Of a stretch of 64,000 nucleotides of DNA, positions 48,085 through 58,601 are shown in pieces. Each line of letters begins with the position of its first letter. The stretch's first letter is position 1. The DNA is from an uncultured Acidobacteriota bacterium (GTDB lineage Bacteria > Acidobacteriota > Thermoanaerobaculia > Multivoradales > UBA5704). Position numbers and translations under genes: made by a program. The notes under the pieces were generated by a model. The model had not been told where the DNA came from, did not search any database, and was given only the letters and a program-made list of their open reading frames with translations. Location: the NCBI GenBank assembly GCA_963770895.1, contig CAVYRF010000002.1:4352001-4416000 (forward strand). The letters run 5' to 3'.

Positions 48085-50577
48085 ATGAACAAAATCCTAT
48101 CTATCGCTTCGATCGCCACATTTTCCATCGCCATCCACCTGGCCGGAGCTGGCTCCGCCGATGCGTCGCCCGTCAACACGAGCGCGGCCTACTCGGAGGT
48201 GGCCGCCCGCGCGGAGGCCGTCAACGCCAATTTCTACGTTTACAAGGATGCCGATTCGGGCTTCAATCACGGCTTCCCATCGGGGTACTTCGCCGATCCG
48301 CTTTCGCTCGTCTACGTCATCCAGGTGAACAGCGCCTGCATCGACGACCCCACCGCTCCCTCCGGTTGCAGCACCGACCCGAACGCACTGGACCGGGTGC
48401 GGGGCAACGTGCTGCAGGTCGTCCTGCCGCCGATGGCGAGCGATCAATTCTCGGGCGTGAATATCGAGGAGCCCCAGAACTGGGGAGCGCAACCGCGTGG
48501 CATCGGCTATGACCTTCGCGGCAGCAGCCAGGTGGTCTTCGACGCCCGCTCCCCCGACGAGGCGCAGGTCCAGTTCGGCGTGGGAGGCTGTGTGACACCT
48601 TTCTTCACTCTCTCGAAGAACTGGCAAACCTTCCCGATCAGCCTGAGCTCGCTGCAGCCGCCCCAGGGGAGCCAGACCGCCTGTCCTCCGGACCTCAGCA
48701 ATGTGCATCTCCTCTTCACCGTCGCCACTTCCGGTGCGCAGGCACCCGCTGGCGCCACGGTCCTGCTCGACAACATCCGCTTCGAGCCGGTTCCCACCAA
48801 GCAGCTCCAGAGCGTCGGCCTGCCGCTCGCAACCACCACCTTCGGCGTCGTCCCGCTGCAGGTGCCCGCCGCCGGCCGGGTCTCGATCCCGCCCGACCAG
48901 GCCAACCGCAACATCGCGACCGCCTACGAGTCGGCCATGGCGAACTTCGCCTTCCTCGCCCGCGGCACGCCGGAGGACCTGGTGGATGCGCAGCTCATCG
49001 CCAACGCCTTCCACGCGGCACTGCACCACGACACCCTGGGAGACCCCTTGCCCCTGGCGGTGGATGGGTCGGCGGGGGTCCACGATGGCTACTCGGCCGG
49101 TGACCTCCTGCTGCTCAACAGGCAGGGCAGCGGCGGCGGCGACGCAGGCCAGGTTCGGCTCGCCGGCTTCAGCGCCGACTCCTGCTCCAACAGCCACTTC
49201 TGCATCGAGCTCGACGGCGCCACCGGCGGCAACGACGCCTTCGCGGTCATGGCTCTCCTCGCGGCCTACAGGAAGTTTGGAGAGCTCGCCTACCTGGAGG
49301 ACGCCCACACCATCGCCGACTGGATCGCCGCCAACCTGGCCGACACCAGCGGCACCGGGTTCGGTGGCTACTACGTGGGCTATCCAGACAACGGCAAGCC
49401 GTACTCGAAGCCCCTGAACATGGGGAAGTCGACCGAGAACAACGCCGACATCTTCTCCGCCTTTTCGCAGCTCGCCGGCGTCGAGCGGGAGCTCGGCAAA
49501 GCCGCCCAAGCGGCGCTGTGGACCGCGCGCGCGAACAGCGCGGGCGACTACGTCATGGCGATGTTCGACAATGGCACCGGCTGCTTTTTCGGTGGCTCGG
49601 TGCCGTCCGGCACGCCGGCGAGCGCCGGCATTTCCCCCAACGGCAAGAAGCGCGGCGACGAGGTGATCAATACGTTCCTTTTTCTCGACTCGAACAGCTT
49701 CACCGCCCTCGAGCTCGCCCAGAGCAGCCGATACCGCAACCAGATCGATTGGCGCCAGCCCATGCGCTGCGTCCTCGGCCGGTTCGGGCGCAGGGTGCAG
49801 GCGGCGAGCTTGACCTACGACGGCTTCAGCATCGACACCACGACCGCCGCCGGTCCGACCGGCGTCGCCTGGGAGTTCACCTCACAGGCCGTGGTGATGA
49901 TGAAATTCATCGACGCCCTGTACCGCGAATCGACCTTCGCACCGGTCGCCGCCGCCTACCTGAGACAGATCGCGCAGGCCCAGGCGCACGCTCCCTTCGG
50001 CGACGGCAGCGGCCTCGTGGCGAGCACGATGCAAGGCGGCAACACCCTCGCCCCGCTCGATCAGTGCCTCACCACACCGTTCCAATGCATCCCAGAGAGG
50101 GTGGGGCTGGCGGCAACGACCTGGGCCCTCTTCGCCGCGCTGGGCATCAATCCCCTCGCCCCGCCCACCGCCGCGCCGCCCGGACCGCCGGGTCCTCAAG
50201 CGTGCCAGACCACGACGCCGCCGGCGATCTCATTTTCCTCCGTTCCGCCGCTCGGCTCCTCCAACGAGGTGCAGGGCAAGGTCGCCTTCGCGGCCACTCC
50301 TTGCATCGCCAGTGACTTCCGCGTCGCACTCTTCATCCAGGTCCCGGGGTTCACCAGCTCGTCCTATATCTGCAAGCCCTTCGAAGATGCGCCGCTCACT
50401 CCGATCGGCAACGACGGCTCGTGGGCAGCAACCTATGTGACCGGCGGCAACGACGTGAACGCCACTGGGATCTGGGCCTTCCTGGTGAATCCAGGCTTCA
50501 CCTGGACCTGTTTCACCAACACCCTGCCCACGGTAGACGGCAAAGCGGTCTTCGCCGTCGCCGTAGCCACCCGGTGA
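48085..50577 (+). CDS. Secreted protein, carbohydrate-binding module plus alpha/alpha-barrel glycosidase-like region
   Basis: Signal peptide; GYDL...LLDNIRFE CBM-like segment; KSTENNAD, VAWEFT, ATTW motifs. Confidence 0.65.
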   Translation: MNKILSIASIATFSIAIHLAGAGSADASPVNTSAAYSEVAARAEAVNANFYVYKDADSGFNHGFPSGYFADPLSLVYVIQVNSACIDDPTAPSGCSTDPNALDRVRGNVLQVVLPPMASDQFSGVNIEEPQNWGAQPRGIGYDLRGSSQVVFDARSPDEAQVQFGVGGCVTPFFTLSKNWQTFPISLSSLQPPQGSQTACPPDLSNVHLLFTVATSGAQAPAGATVLLDNIRFEPVPTKQLQSVGLPLATTTFGVVPLQVPAAGRVSIPPDQANRNIATAYESAMANFAFLARGTPEDLVDAQLIANAFHAALHHDTLGDPLPLAVDGSAGVHDGYSAGDLLLLNRQGSGGGDAGQVRLAGFSADSCSNSHFCIELDGATGGNDAFAVMALLAAYRKFGELAYLEDAHTIADWIAANLADTSGTGFGGYYVGYPDNGKPYSKPLNMGKSTENNADIFSAFSQLAGVERELGKAAQAALWTARANSAGDYVMAMFDNGTGCFFGGSVPSGTPASAGISPNGKKRGDEVINTFLFLDSNSFTALELAQSSRYRNQIDWRQPMRCVLGRFGRRVQAASLTYDGFSIDTTTAAGPTGVAWEFTSQAVVMMKFIDALYRESTFAPVAAAYLRQIAQAQAHAPFGDGSGLVASTMQGGNTLAPLDQCLTTPFQCIPERVGLAATTWALFAALGINPLAPPTAAPPGPPGPQACQTTTPPAISFSSVPPLGSSNEVQGKVAFAATPCIASDFRVALFIQVPGFTSSSYICKPFEDAPLTPIGNDGSWAATYVTGGNDVNATGIWAFLVNPGFTWTCFTNTLPTVDGKAVFAVAVATR

Positions 50578-51048
50578 CGGCCTCGACCGGACGGCCCGCG
50601 GCACTGGGGCGAGCTGGCGGTGGGCGGACGGGGAGACTGGTGGGCGGCGGGTCGGGGGTCGGCGGAGATGGGGGTGGGAGGGTGTTGCGCCGGCGCTGGT
50701 GGCGCGGGCGGGTTTTTGGCGGCCGGGCTGGCGGGAGGTTAGGTCGAGGAGCAAGCCGGCGGGGTTTCAGTTCGCAGGGCTGGCTGTTGCGCGAGCGCGC
50801 ACCGCGGGCTCAGGGTTTGGCGAGTGCGCGGTGGAGTAGGCAATGATCCCGCTGGGGCAGGCGGATGAATTTGGCGCTGGGGCCGGGGTGAGAAGCGCAC
50901 GGGGGCCGGGGTGCGCGCGAGGCCGGGCCGCCGTCACTTGACAACTGCAGCCGCTACCTGCTGGCGCTGCACCTGGCGCCGAGCTTCGATGACGCCGCGC
51001 TGATTTGATCGCCGCCGCGTTCGATCATATGGCTCCGTGCCTGCTCGC

Positions 51049-51522
51049 TCATTCAGCGTCAACAAGGGGGATGAGGAACGTGTAGAGCGCCAACAACATG
51101 GCGCCGTATGCCGGCTGATACCAGCTGATGTTGTGCGCCGTGAACGGCTCACCAAGAGAAATAGCCCAAACAGCGAAGGCACCAGTGCCGATCACTACCT
51201 GTCTCCACTTCGTAATTTTAGCGATTCTGATCTGCCATGGGATTGTAATCACCCACACAACCACAAACACAATCCAGTAGATGGTCTCGATCGGCGCCGG
51301 AGGTTGTAGCAGTGCCACGAATCCCTTTAGCGCCAAATACATCGCGACCACATCTGCTGGGATGTATTTGAGGAGCCGATCCTTGTATTTGTCTTCTATC
51401 GTCCCAGAAGCTGCGAAATCAGGCACCCGCAGTCCTGGCGGCGGAACCGTTTGTAGATTTAATTGCGTCGCTTGCGCACGAGCCTGTACCGCGTCTTTCC
51501 TCGTGACAACTTCTCGCCCCAT
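51049..51522 (-). CDS. Small multi-pass membrane protein
   Basis: GGAGG RBS; soluble N-terminus, RLLKYIPADVVAMY, about four TM segments. Confidence 0.8.
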   Translation of the reverse strand: MGREVVTRKDAVQARAQATQLNLQTVPPPGLRVPDFAASGTIEDKYKDRLLKYIPADVVAMYLALKGFVALLQPPAPIETIYWIVFVVVWVITIPWQIRIAKITKWRQVVIGTGAFAVWAISLGEPFTAHNISWYQPAYGAMLLALYTFLIPLVDAE

Positions 51523-51899
51523 GGCGTACCTCCGGTTAGTAGAAGTGGTCGCTGTGCGGCACTCAGCCGGCCAGAGAACCGCTGACATCGATCGACAGTC
51601 AGGCCACCTTGTCAGGGTGACATAGTGCCTCAACTACGAAATAATGAGAGAGCTCATCAACACAGTACTTCCGGTTGCCCCCTGAGCACAAGCCTATGCG
51701 CCAACTGCTATGCATCGACTATTGCTGGCAGGTTTGGATGACAAGTCGGCCAGCCTTACTACGCCCGCCGTCACTGAGAGGCGGTAAACAATGGGGCGTC
51801 GGCCTTGCACTCTTGAGATGGATGGCGGCCATTCAAATGGGCATCGGAAGTCGCACAATCCTGTAATACCCAAAGCAATGTTACACTATACTACGATTT

Positions 51900-53366
51900 A
51901 TGGCTCGATACGTCTTCGCGGTGCGCCGATCGGCTTGGACCGAACTTCACGGAGGCGGCAGGCACGCGCGCGTCTGGTCGGACCTGCTTCCCGAGATTCG
52001 CGGAGGCGACGTGCTGTGCGAGCTCTCCGATAGGGATGGACGCCCTCGACGCCGCGTGATTGTTGAGGCCACCGCGGGAGACGTCGACGCGATTCGCGGC
52101 CGGCTGCCCGTAGACATCGTTGTCGAGCCTGAAGTTCTCCACACCTCGCAGATTCTGGGGCTCGGAGGCGGGAGACACAACGTTACGGTCGTTGGTTCGG
52201 GCGGGCATCCCATTCGCGGAGCGGTAGTTCGCATGACCACTCGAAACTCCTGGGAGCCTGCGGTCGCGCGCACAAACGCAGCTGGACATGCCGAATTGGA
52301 AGTTCGAGGAAAGGGCGTCGCTAGGCTGGAGGTATCTCCAATTCCCGGGCATTGGTCCATCGGCTTGCAGCGCTCGGCTCAACAGCGGGACATAGACCTT
52401 ACGGCGGCTTCATTGCCACCAATGCCGAACGACGGCCTGGGATGGTGGCACCAGGCGGTCGGCGGTGGGTCCATTGGTAGCGAGGCAGCCGGCGGAATTC
52501 GGATCGGAATCATCGATTCCGGCTGTGGACCCAACCCGGCTCTTTCCCACGCCCGAACGCTGGGGAGCTTCGTGGATGGGCGACTGCCGACCGCGGAGGG
52601 CCTCGACGCAAACGAGCATGGGACGCATGTCTGTGGGATCGTCGGAGCACGGCCAACCGGAGGAGCTGGTTTCGTTGGCTTGGCGCAGGCTGCTGAGATG
52701 GTGGTAGCTCGGGTGCAACAGCCCGGTCAGCTTGTCAGCGACGCGGACATGGCGAACGCGGTAGATGCGATGGCAGACGAGCAGGTCGATCTCATAAACA
52801 TGAGCCTTGGGGCTAAGCGCGAATCAGTGCAACTCATCGACAGCATCATCGACGCGTGGACTCGAGGCACGGTATGCTTTGCAGCGGCCGGCAACACCGG
52901 CGACGATGTGCTATGGCCAGGCCGCCACGAAAGGGTTGTGGCGGTGACAGCTGTGGGGCGGCGCGGGGTAGCGCCGCCGGGAACCCTCAGCGCGAGCCGG
53001 CTGCTGAGGTGTCTTGGCGAAGATGTGAACAACAACTTGGTGTTCCCCGATTTTTGTTGTCGCGGGCTCGGAGTAACCTGCTGTGCGCCGGGGGTCGCGA
53101 TTATCTCTACGATTCCGGTCGAGGGCGCCGGTCAGATTCCTCCCCTGGCTGGCTGGGCGGATATGGATGGTACGTCGATGGCCAGCCCGGTGGCCCTTAG
53201 CGTGCTCGCCGCGGTCCTCGGCAAAGACAAGAAGTTTCTCCGAATGTCGCGTGACGAAGATCGGGCCCAATATGCATGGGACCAGCTTGAGATGCACTGC
53301 GTGCCCACTACGCTCGACCAGGATTTCCAGGGGAACGGAATCCCTATGGTCAACTTGCCATATTAG
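51900..53366 (+). CDS. Cytoplasmic S8 subtilisin-like protease
   Basis: IIDSG, HGTHVCG, AAAGN, GTSMASP; no signal peptide; N-terminal prodomain-like and Ig-like segments. Confidence 0.92.
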   Translation: MARYVFAVRRSAWTELHGGGRHARVWSDLLPEIRGGDVLCELSDRDGRPRRRVIVEATAGDVDAIRGRLPVDIVVEPEVLHTSQILGLGGGRHNVTVVGSGGHPIRGAVVRMTTRNSWEPAVARTNAAGHAELEVRGKGVARLEVSPIPGHWSIGLQRSAQQRDIDLTAASLPPMPNDGLGWWHQAVGGGSIGSEAAGGIRIGIIDSGCGPNPALSHARTLGSFVDGRLPTAEGLDANEHGTHVCGIVGARPTGGAGFVGLAQAAEMVVARVQQPGQLVSDADMANAVDAMADEQVDLINMSLGAKRESVQLIDSIIDAWTRGTVCFAAAGNTGDDVLWPGRHERVVAVTAVGRRGVAPPGTLSASRLLRCLGEDVNNNLVFPDFCCRGLGVTCCAPGVAIISTIPVEGAGQIPPLAGWADMDGTSMASPVALSVLAAVLGKDKKFLRMSRDEDRAQYAWDQLEMHCVPTTLDQDFQGNGIPMVNLPY

Positions 53367-53439
53367 GCCACTTTTGGTATCCCACCAGGGCCCGGCGCGC
53401 TGTTTGCATGCCGCCAAGTCGTTGGGTATGATAATGGGC

Positions 53440-53676
53440 ATGGAGCGATATGTCATCGCGGTTAGGCGAGACCACCGGCAGACCGTCAAGTTGTCCGACG
53501 CTCTGAATCGGTTGTCGGGAGTCCACGGTTACAACGTCGTTGGCACTGTTCAGGGTGTGCGGACGGTGATTCAGGCTGATGATGACGCTGCCATCCGCAT
53601 CAAACAATTGCTAAGAGACTGCTGCTACGTGGAACGAGAGGTTCTGCATACTCCGCAAGTTAACTCCTGTCGATAG
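53440..53676 (+). CDS. 78-aa free-standing paralog of the S8 N-terminal domain
   Basis: MERYVIAVRR...VEREVLHTPQ versus MARYVFAVRR...VEPEVLHTSQ in the protease. Confidence 0.8.
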   Translation: MERYVIAVRRDHRQTVKLSDALNRLSGVHGYNVVGTVQGVRTVIQADDDAAIRIKQLLRDCCYVEREVLHTPQVNSCR

Positions 53677-53870
53677 AATTCTCCCTATTCCAGGGCGACC
53701 GCAGCCAGATCCTCATGCCATCGTCGAGGCCAGATGGTCGGCGTTCATACTGCAGCCCTCGCCCATCTGCACCGGTTGCTGCCGGTCGAGAGTGCCGCGC
53801 AGGGTGACCTCCGGCGCTTGCCTGTTGGGCCGCTCACGATGCGGGCAGCCTCGTTGCCGCTGACGAAGAC

Positions 53871-54112
53871 TGCGTATTCCGACGAAAATCAGCCACGGTT
53901 CCGGAGCAAATCCTGCCAGGGTTCCGGGCGGAATCCAGCCACCATTCCGACGCCAGGAAGCCAAAGACGGGAATGACGTAAAGCCTGTGGAATCTGCTGG
54001 AAAGCCTCCACCTACCCCCGCCCGCCTTCCCACAGATTCAACAGGCTCGACGACGACGGCAGGGTGGCTGGTTGAACGTCGGAATGGGTGGCCGGCTTCG
54101 TCGGAATACGCA
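53871..54112. mobile_element. Non-autonomous IS21-like miniature element with 8-bp TSD
   Basis: TIR TGCGTATTCCGACGAA / TTCGTCGGAATACGCA; flanking direct repeat ACGAAGAC at 53863-53870 and 54113-54120. Confidence 0.88.
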
Positions 54113-54342
54113 ACGAAGACCACGTCCGTCGGGCGGCGATCGATTTGTCAGGCGCGTAGCGGCGGAGCGGTTCTACCAGCTCGGCCCTCGCTCGGTGCTC
54201 AGTAGTGCCGGACCTGTCGAGCTGTTCGGCACAGCCGGCCGCTCGCGCGAGCCGGAGAAGGCGGGGGTGGTGTCACCGATCGCTCTAAATTCCCCCCGTG
54301 CGATCAGCTAATTGTCCCCCCTCCTGCGACCGACGAGGGAGC

Positions 54343-55662
54343 ATGATGGACAACGAGTGCGAAGTAGGGATGCTTGCCGTGGCGCCTGAAGGCGCCGCGG
54401 AGGCGCCAGTTGTGATTGAGGAAAACGTCTGGGGTGCGGTTCGGGCTCTTCGCGAGCGTGGATCGAGCAAGAAGGCGATTGCGCGGGAGCTTGGACTGGA
54501 CATCAAGACGGTCCGCAAGTGGCTGGGGCGGGAGTGGCGGGCGCAGCAGAGGCGCAAGCGAGGCGGGATTCTGGAGCCCTGGGGAGAGTTTCTCCGGGGC
54601 CGAGCTCCCGAGGTGGGCTTCAACGGGTCGGTGTTGTACCGGGAGCTGGCGTCTTTGGGCTACGCAGGGTCGTACCCGACCGTGGTGCGTCATCTGCGGC
54701 CGCTGCGGGAGCAGCAGCGGCAAGACGAGCTTTCGACGTTGCGGTTCGAGACGGACCCCGGCAAGCAGGCGCAGGTGGATTGGGGGTCTTGCTGGGTCTG
54801 GCTCGGCGCGGAGCGGTTGCGGGTTCACCTGTTCGTCATGGTTCTGGGCTACAGCCGTCGGATCTTCGCCTGGGGCTACCGCGATGAAGGGCTCAGCGCT
54901 CTGCTCGATGGCCATGCTCGCGCCTTCGCCCACTTTGGTGGCCGCACAGCGACGATCTTGTATGACAACCCGCGGACCATCGTGCAGGAGAAGGACGAGG
55001 CGTCGGGGTGGGTGAAATGGAATGCGACATTCAAGGATCGGATGGATTTCTACGGTGTCGAGATCCGGCTTTGCCGGTACTACCGAGCCCGCACCAAGGG
55101 CAAAGTGGAGAGCGGGGTCAAGTACGTCAAGCGCAACGCCCTGGCAGGGCGGCGTTTTAGCGACCTCGAAGCGCTCAATGCGGGACTTGGGGAGTGGTCG
55201 GCGGCGGTGGCGGACCAGCGCATCCACGGCACGACGCACGAGCGGCCAGCAGAGCGGTTTGCTCGCGCTGAGGCGGCGGAGCTGATTGCCGTCGACGCCC
55301 GGCCGCCGGCGCCTCGCGAGCGGATGACGACGCGAGTGGTGCCGCGTGACGGACTGGTCGCCGTCGAAGCCAACCGCTACCCAGTGCCGTTGAGCTGGGT
55401 CGGCCTTGAGGTCCGCGTCCATCTGCTGGCCGAGGAGGTACTACTCGGACGCGACGGCGAGGATCTCATCCGCCATCTACGTCTTGTCGGCAAGCATCGA
55501 GTGGCTCGCTGGAATGGGCCGCCGCGCAGTGCGAGTCCACTGGCAGCTGCGGCGGCGGGAGGCCCCCCGCAGTTGGACCCGGCCTACCTTGGCCTCGCCG
55601 GTGAGGTGCAGGTGCGTCCCTTGGGCTTGTACGAGGCGATCGCTGCGGGGATGGGCCGATGA
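54343..55662 (+). CDS. istA: IS21 transposase
   Basis: RFETDPGKQAQVDW, LYDN, RTKGKVE, RIHGTT. Confidence 0.95.
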   Translation: MMDNECEVGMLAVAPEGAAEAPVVIEENVWGAVRALRERGSSKKAIARELGLDIKTVRKWLGREWRAQQRRKRGGILEPWGEFLRGRAPEVGFNGSVLYRELASLGYAGSYPTVVRHLRPLREQQRQDELSTLRFETDPGKQAQVDWGSCWVWLGAERLRVHLFVMVLGYSRRIFAWGYRDEGLSALLDGHARAFAHFGGRTATILYDNPRTIVQEKDEASGWVKWNATFKDRMDFYGVEIRLCRYYRARTKGKVESGVKYVKRNALAGRRFSDLEALNAGLGEWSAAVADQRIHGTTHERPAERFARAEAAELIAVDARPPAPRERMTTRVVPRDGLVAVEANRYPVPLSWVGLEVRVHLLAEEVLLGRDGEDLIRHLRLVGKHRVARWNGPPRSASPLAAAAAGGPPQLDPAYLGLAGEVQVRPLGLYEAIAAGMGR

Positions 55663-56483
55663 GCGGCTTGGCGATCGAACAGGTCCAGGAACAGATGCGG
55701 CAGCTCAAGCTGGTGCGCACGGCTGCCGCACTGCCCCTGTTGGTGCAGGATGCGAGCAAGCGCGAGTCGAGTTACACCGATTTCCTCGAGGACCTGCTGG
55801 GCCGGGAGCTATCGGCCAAGCAGGAGCGCCATACGGCGATGAAAACGACGATGGCTCGCTTCCCGTTCCACAAGAGTCTTGAGAGCTTCGACTTCAAGTC
55901 TCAGCCTTCGATCGAACCGAAGGTGATCAAGGAACTCGCCACTGGCCGCTTCATCGCCGACGCCGACAATGTGCTGCTGCTCGGCCCTCCTGGGGTCGGC
56001 AAGACTCACTTGGCGGTGGGCCTCGGATTGCGCGCCTGCGCTTTGGGCTACCGGACCGCTTTCATCACCGCCGCCGGTCTGATCGCAAGCTTGACGCGAG
56101 CGCACAACGACAACCGCCTGGAAGAGAAGCTCAAGCTGCTCGTGCAACCCAAGCTATTGATTTTGGACGAGATCGGGTATTTGCCCATGGAGAGGCTGGG
56201 CGCCAACCTGTTCTTCCAACTGGTTTCCCGGCGCTATGAGCGAGGCTCCATGCTGATCACCTCCAACCAGAGCCTCGCCGGCTGGGGCCAGGTCTTCGGC
56301 GACCAGGTGATCGCCACGGCCATCCTCGACCGGCTCCTCCACCATTCGACAATCCTCAACATCAAGGGGGAGAGCTACCGTCTCAAGGAGAAGCGGAAGG
56401 CCGGTCTGCTGACCCGCAGCGAACCCTTCACTGCGGCGGCCGCGGCCGCCGCCTCCAGCGGCGGGGAAGACTCTCCGGCGTGA
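55659..56483 (+). CDS. istB: IS21 helper ATPase
   Basis: GPPGVGKTHLA, LILDEIGY, AILDRLLHH, GESYR. Confidence 0.96.
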   Translation: MSGLAIEQVQEQMRQLKLVRTAAALPLLVQDASKRESSYTDFLEDLLGRELSAKQERHTAMKTTMARFPFHKSLESFDFKSQPSIEPKVIKELATGRFIADADNVLLLGPPGVGKTHLAVGLGLRACALGYRTAFITAAGLIASLTRAHNDNRLEEKLKLLVQPKLLILDEIGYLPMERLGANLFFQLVSRRYERGSMLITSNQSLAGWGQVFGDQVIATAILDRLLHHSTILNIKGESYRLKEKRKAGLLTRSEPFTAAAAAAASSGGEDSPA

Positions 56484-57154
56484 CGAGCTGTGGCCTATGG
56501 ATCCTGCCGGAGCTGTGGAAAACGCCCAAAAGCGGCGTTTCCCACAGCTCCTTGGACGGCGCAAACAGCGCGCCGCCCACAGGCCCCACAGGCCCCACAG
56601 GCCCGACGACGACGGGCACAACCAACCAAGGAGGGGGGGACAATTAACTGATCGCGGGGGGGGAATTTAGGGTGATTCTTGACAGGTGGCTGCGGTGTGA
56701 CTTTCCGGGAGGTAGGAAGTTGGGAAATCCTGACACGGCTGGGCGCGCCCAAGCAGCGAGCCGCCGCGAACCGGGGTCGCTCCGTACCGGGATGCCCGCG
56801 AGAGCATGCGGCGCGAGGGTACTGCCGGATGCACCTCCTCCGGGCGTATCGGCATGGCGAGCCTGGGCCGGCGGCGCCGCTCCGCAAGAGATGTGGCTGA
56901 GAGGGGTTCGAGAAATGGGGCCGGGCGGCAGGGGGAGAAGCTGGTCACGCTTGACGGTCAGGTAGATCCCCCCCGCGGCCCGCACCTGCATTGTGGCTGC
57001 GGAGCGGGCGGGCTGGATCCATTGCGCAGCGATGCCTTGCTCGAAGGTCGCTCTGCGCGGCCAATTCTCTTGCAGGGATCTTGCAGGCGCGACCTCTGGC
57101 CCTGCGCCGCGCCCGGAACTGTTTGCCTAATCGACTGATTTTGTTGGGTTTAAT

Positions 57155-57231
57155 TGGTCGGGACGCCGGGATTTGAACCCGGGACCCCCTGAACCCCATT
57201 CAGGTACGCTACCAGACTGCGCCACGTCCCG
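57155..57231 (-). tRNA. tRNA-Pro (GGG)
   Basis: CGGGACG acceptor stem, anticodon arm CCTGA-ATGGGGT-TCAGG, GTTCAAATC T-loop, encoded CCA; follows ihf-merR. Confidence 0.96.
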
Positions 57232-57242
57232 ACCGGACTGCT

Positions 57243-58574
57243 CTACTGCGGGGTCTTCGAATCGAGGAGGGCAAGAATCTCGTGGGCTGACTGGAGAGCC
57301 TTGTGTATCCCCTTGCGGAGGGTTTCTATCTGCTTGGCGGCTTCGGTGTCAAGGTTGGCGGGGGTTGAGGCGGTTGCGGCTGGGGCGATGTGGGGGGCGC
57401 TGGGCGTTGCTGCGGCTGCGCCGGTTGCGGTGGCGGGTGACTCTGCGCCTGGACGTTTGGCGGCTTGGGCTGGCAGGGAGAGGGTCAGGGCGCCTTGCGC
57501 GGGGGATTGCGATCCGGGCTGTGCGGGGCTGATGGAGGCGACGCCGGCGGGGCTGGTGGAGGCGCTTGCTGGGCGGTTTCCGATCGACGGCTCGCCGGAG
57601 AGGATTGCGGGTGCGGGTGACGCTTTGGCGTTGACGACGGCGGGAGCGGCGGCGGCATCAGGAAAACTGCTTGAGGCGGGAGTGGCCGCGGTGAAGGCGG
57701 CGGTTCCGGCAGGCGCGGCGGCCGGTTGGGGTGTGGCTGCCGCGTTCGGTGCGGTGCCGTTGCCCTGGCCTGCCGGTTTTGTGGCGGATGGGGCGGTGGT
57801 CGCAGGCTGGCCTGATGAGGGCTTGGCGACGGGCGCGCCGTTGCCGGACGGGACGGCTGGGCTGCTGGCCTTGGCGGCGGCCTCGATGGTCGGGGGTTGG
57901 CCGGATGGCCTGGCCGTGGCCGCGCCGCTGCCGGGCATGGCGGGTGGGCTGTCGGGCTTGGTGATGGCTACGGCACCTGCGGGCCGGGTCGCGGCGGCCG
58001 GGCCGTCGTCGGGGTCCGTGGTGGCCGCGGCGGCATCAGGCGCATGGGTGTCGACCGCGGCGTCGGCCGGACGGCCTGCCGCGTCGGTGGCGGTGGCTCG
58101 GCTGGCGGCGGCCGTGGCGTTGGACGACGCTCGGCGGGCGGCAGCGGCGGCAACCGCGGCGGCGTTGGCGGCGGGCGCCGGCGTGATGGCTGGGGCCGGG
58201 CCGGGTGCTGCTTGGGCGGCGCTGGTGCCGGGATCGGCCTGGTCTTCAGCCGGATCGGCGGTGGCGAGGGGCGCGGCGGTGTTGGCGGTGGCGGCGCCGG
58301 GGTCGCCCAGGGTGCCGGTGGCGAGCTCGGTTTCCAGCTTCTTTTTGGCTCCGGCGATGGTGTAGCACTCGTCGTAGAGGAGCTGTTTGATGCGGCGGAT
58401 GATCTCCAGCTCTTTTTCGCTGTAGACGCGCTGGCCGGAGCGGCTTTTGCTGGGGCTCAGGGCTGGGAATTCGGTTTCCCAGAAGCGCAGGACGTAGGGC
58501 TGGATGCCGAGGGCTTTGCAGGCCTCGCCGATCTTGTAGTAGAGGCGCCTCTGGACGCGGGCCTTCGCCGCCAT
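57243..58574 (-). CDS. MerR-family regulator with long Ala/Pro-rich insert
   Basis: YYKIGEAC...[11 protein letters not shown]...GQRVYS...[10 protein letters not shown]. Confidence 0.88.
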   Translation of the reverse strand: MAAKARVQRRLYYKIGEACKALGIQPYVLRFWETEFPALSPSKSRSGQRVYSEKELEIIRRIKQLLYDECYTIAGAKKKLETELATGTLGDPGAATANTAAPLATADPAEDQADPGTSAAQAAPGPAPAITPAPAANAAAVAAAAARRASSNATAAASRATATDAAGRPADAAVDTHAPDAAAATTDPDDGPAAATRPAGAVAITKPDSPPAMPGSGAATARPSGQPPTIEAAAKASSPAVPSGNGAPVAKPSSGQPATTAPSATKPAGQGNGTAPNAAATPQPAAAPAGTAAFTAATPASSSFPDAAAAPAVVNAKASPAPAILSGEPSIGNRPASASTSPAGVASISPAQPGSQSPAQGALTLSLPAQAAKRPGAESPATATGAAAATPSAPHIAPAATASTPANLDTEAAKQIETLRKGIHKALQSAHEILALLDSKTPQ

Positions 58575-58601
58575 CTGGGGTGCTCGAAGCGGGGGTTACC
58601 C

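Larger units (their letters stand above)
54271..56684 (+). mobile_element. Complete IS21-family insertion sequence
   Basis: TGTCA...TGACA ends with long imperfect IRs; 5-bp TSD GGTGG; istA-istB. Confidence 0.95.
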
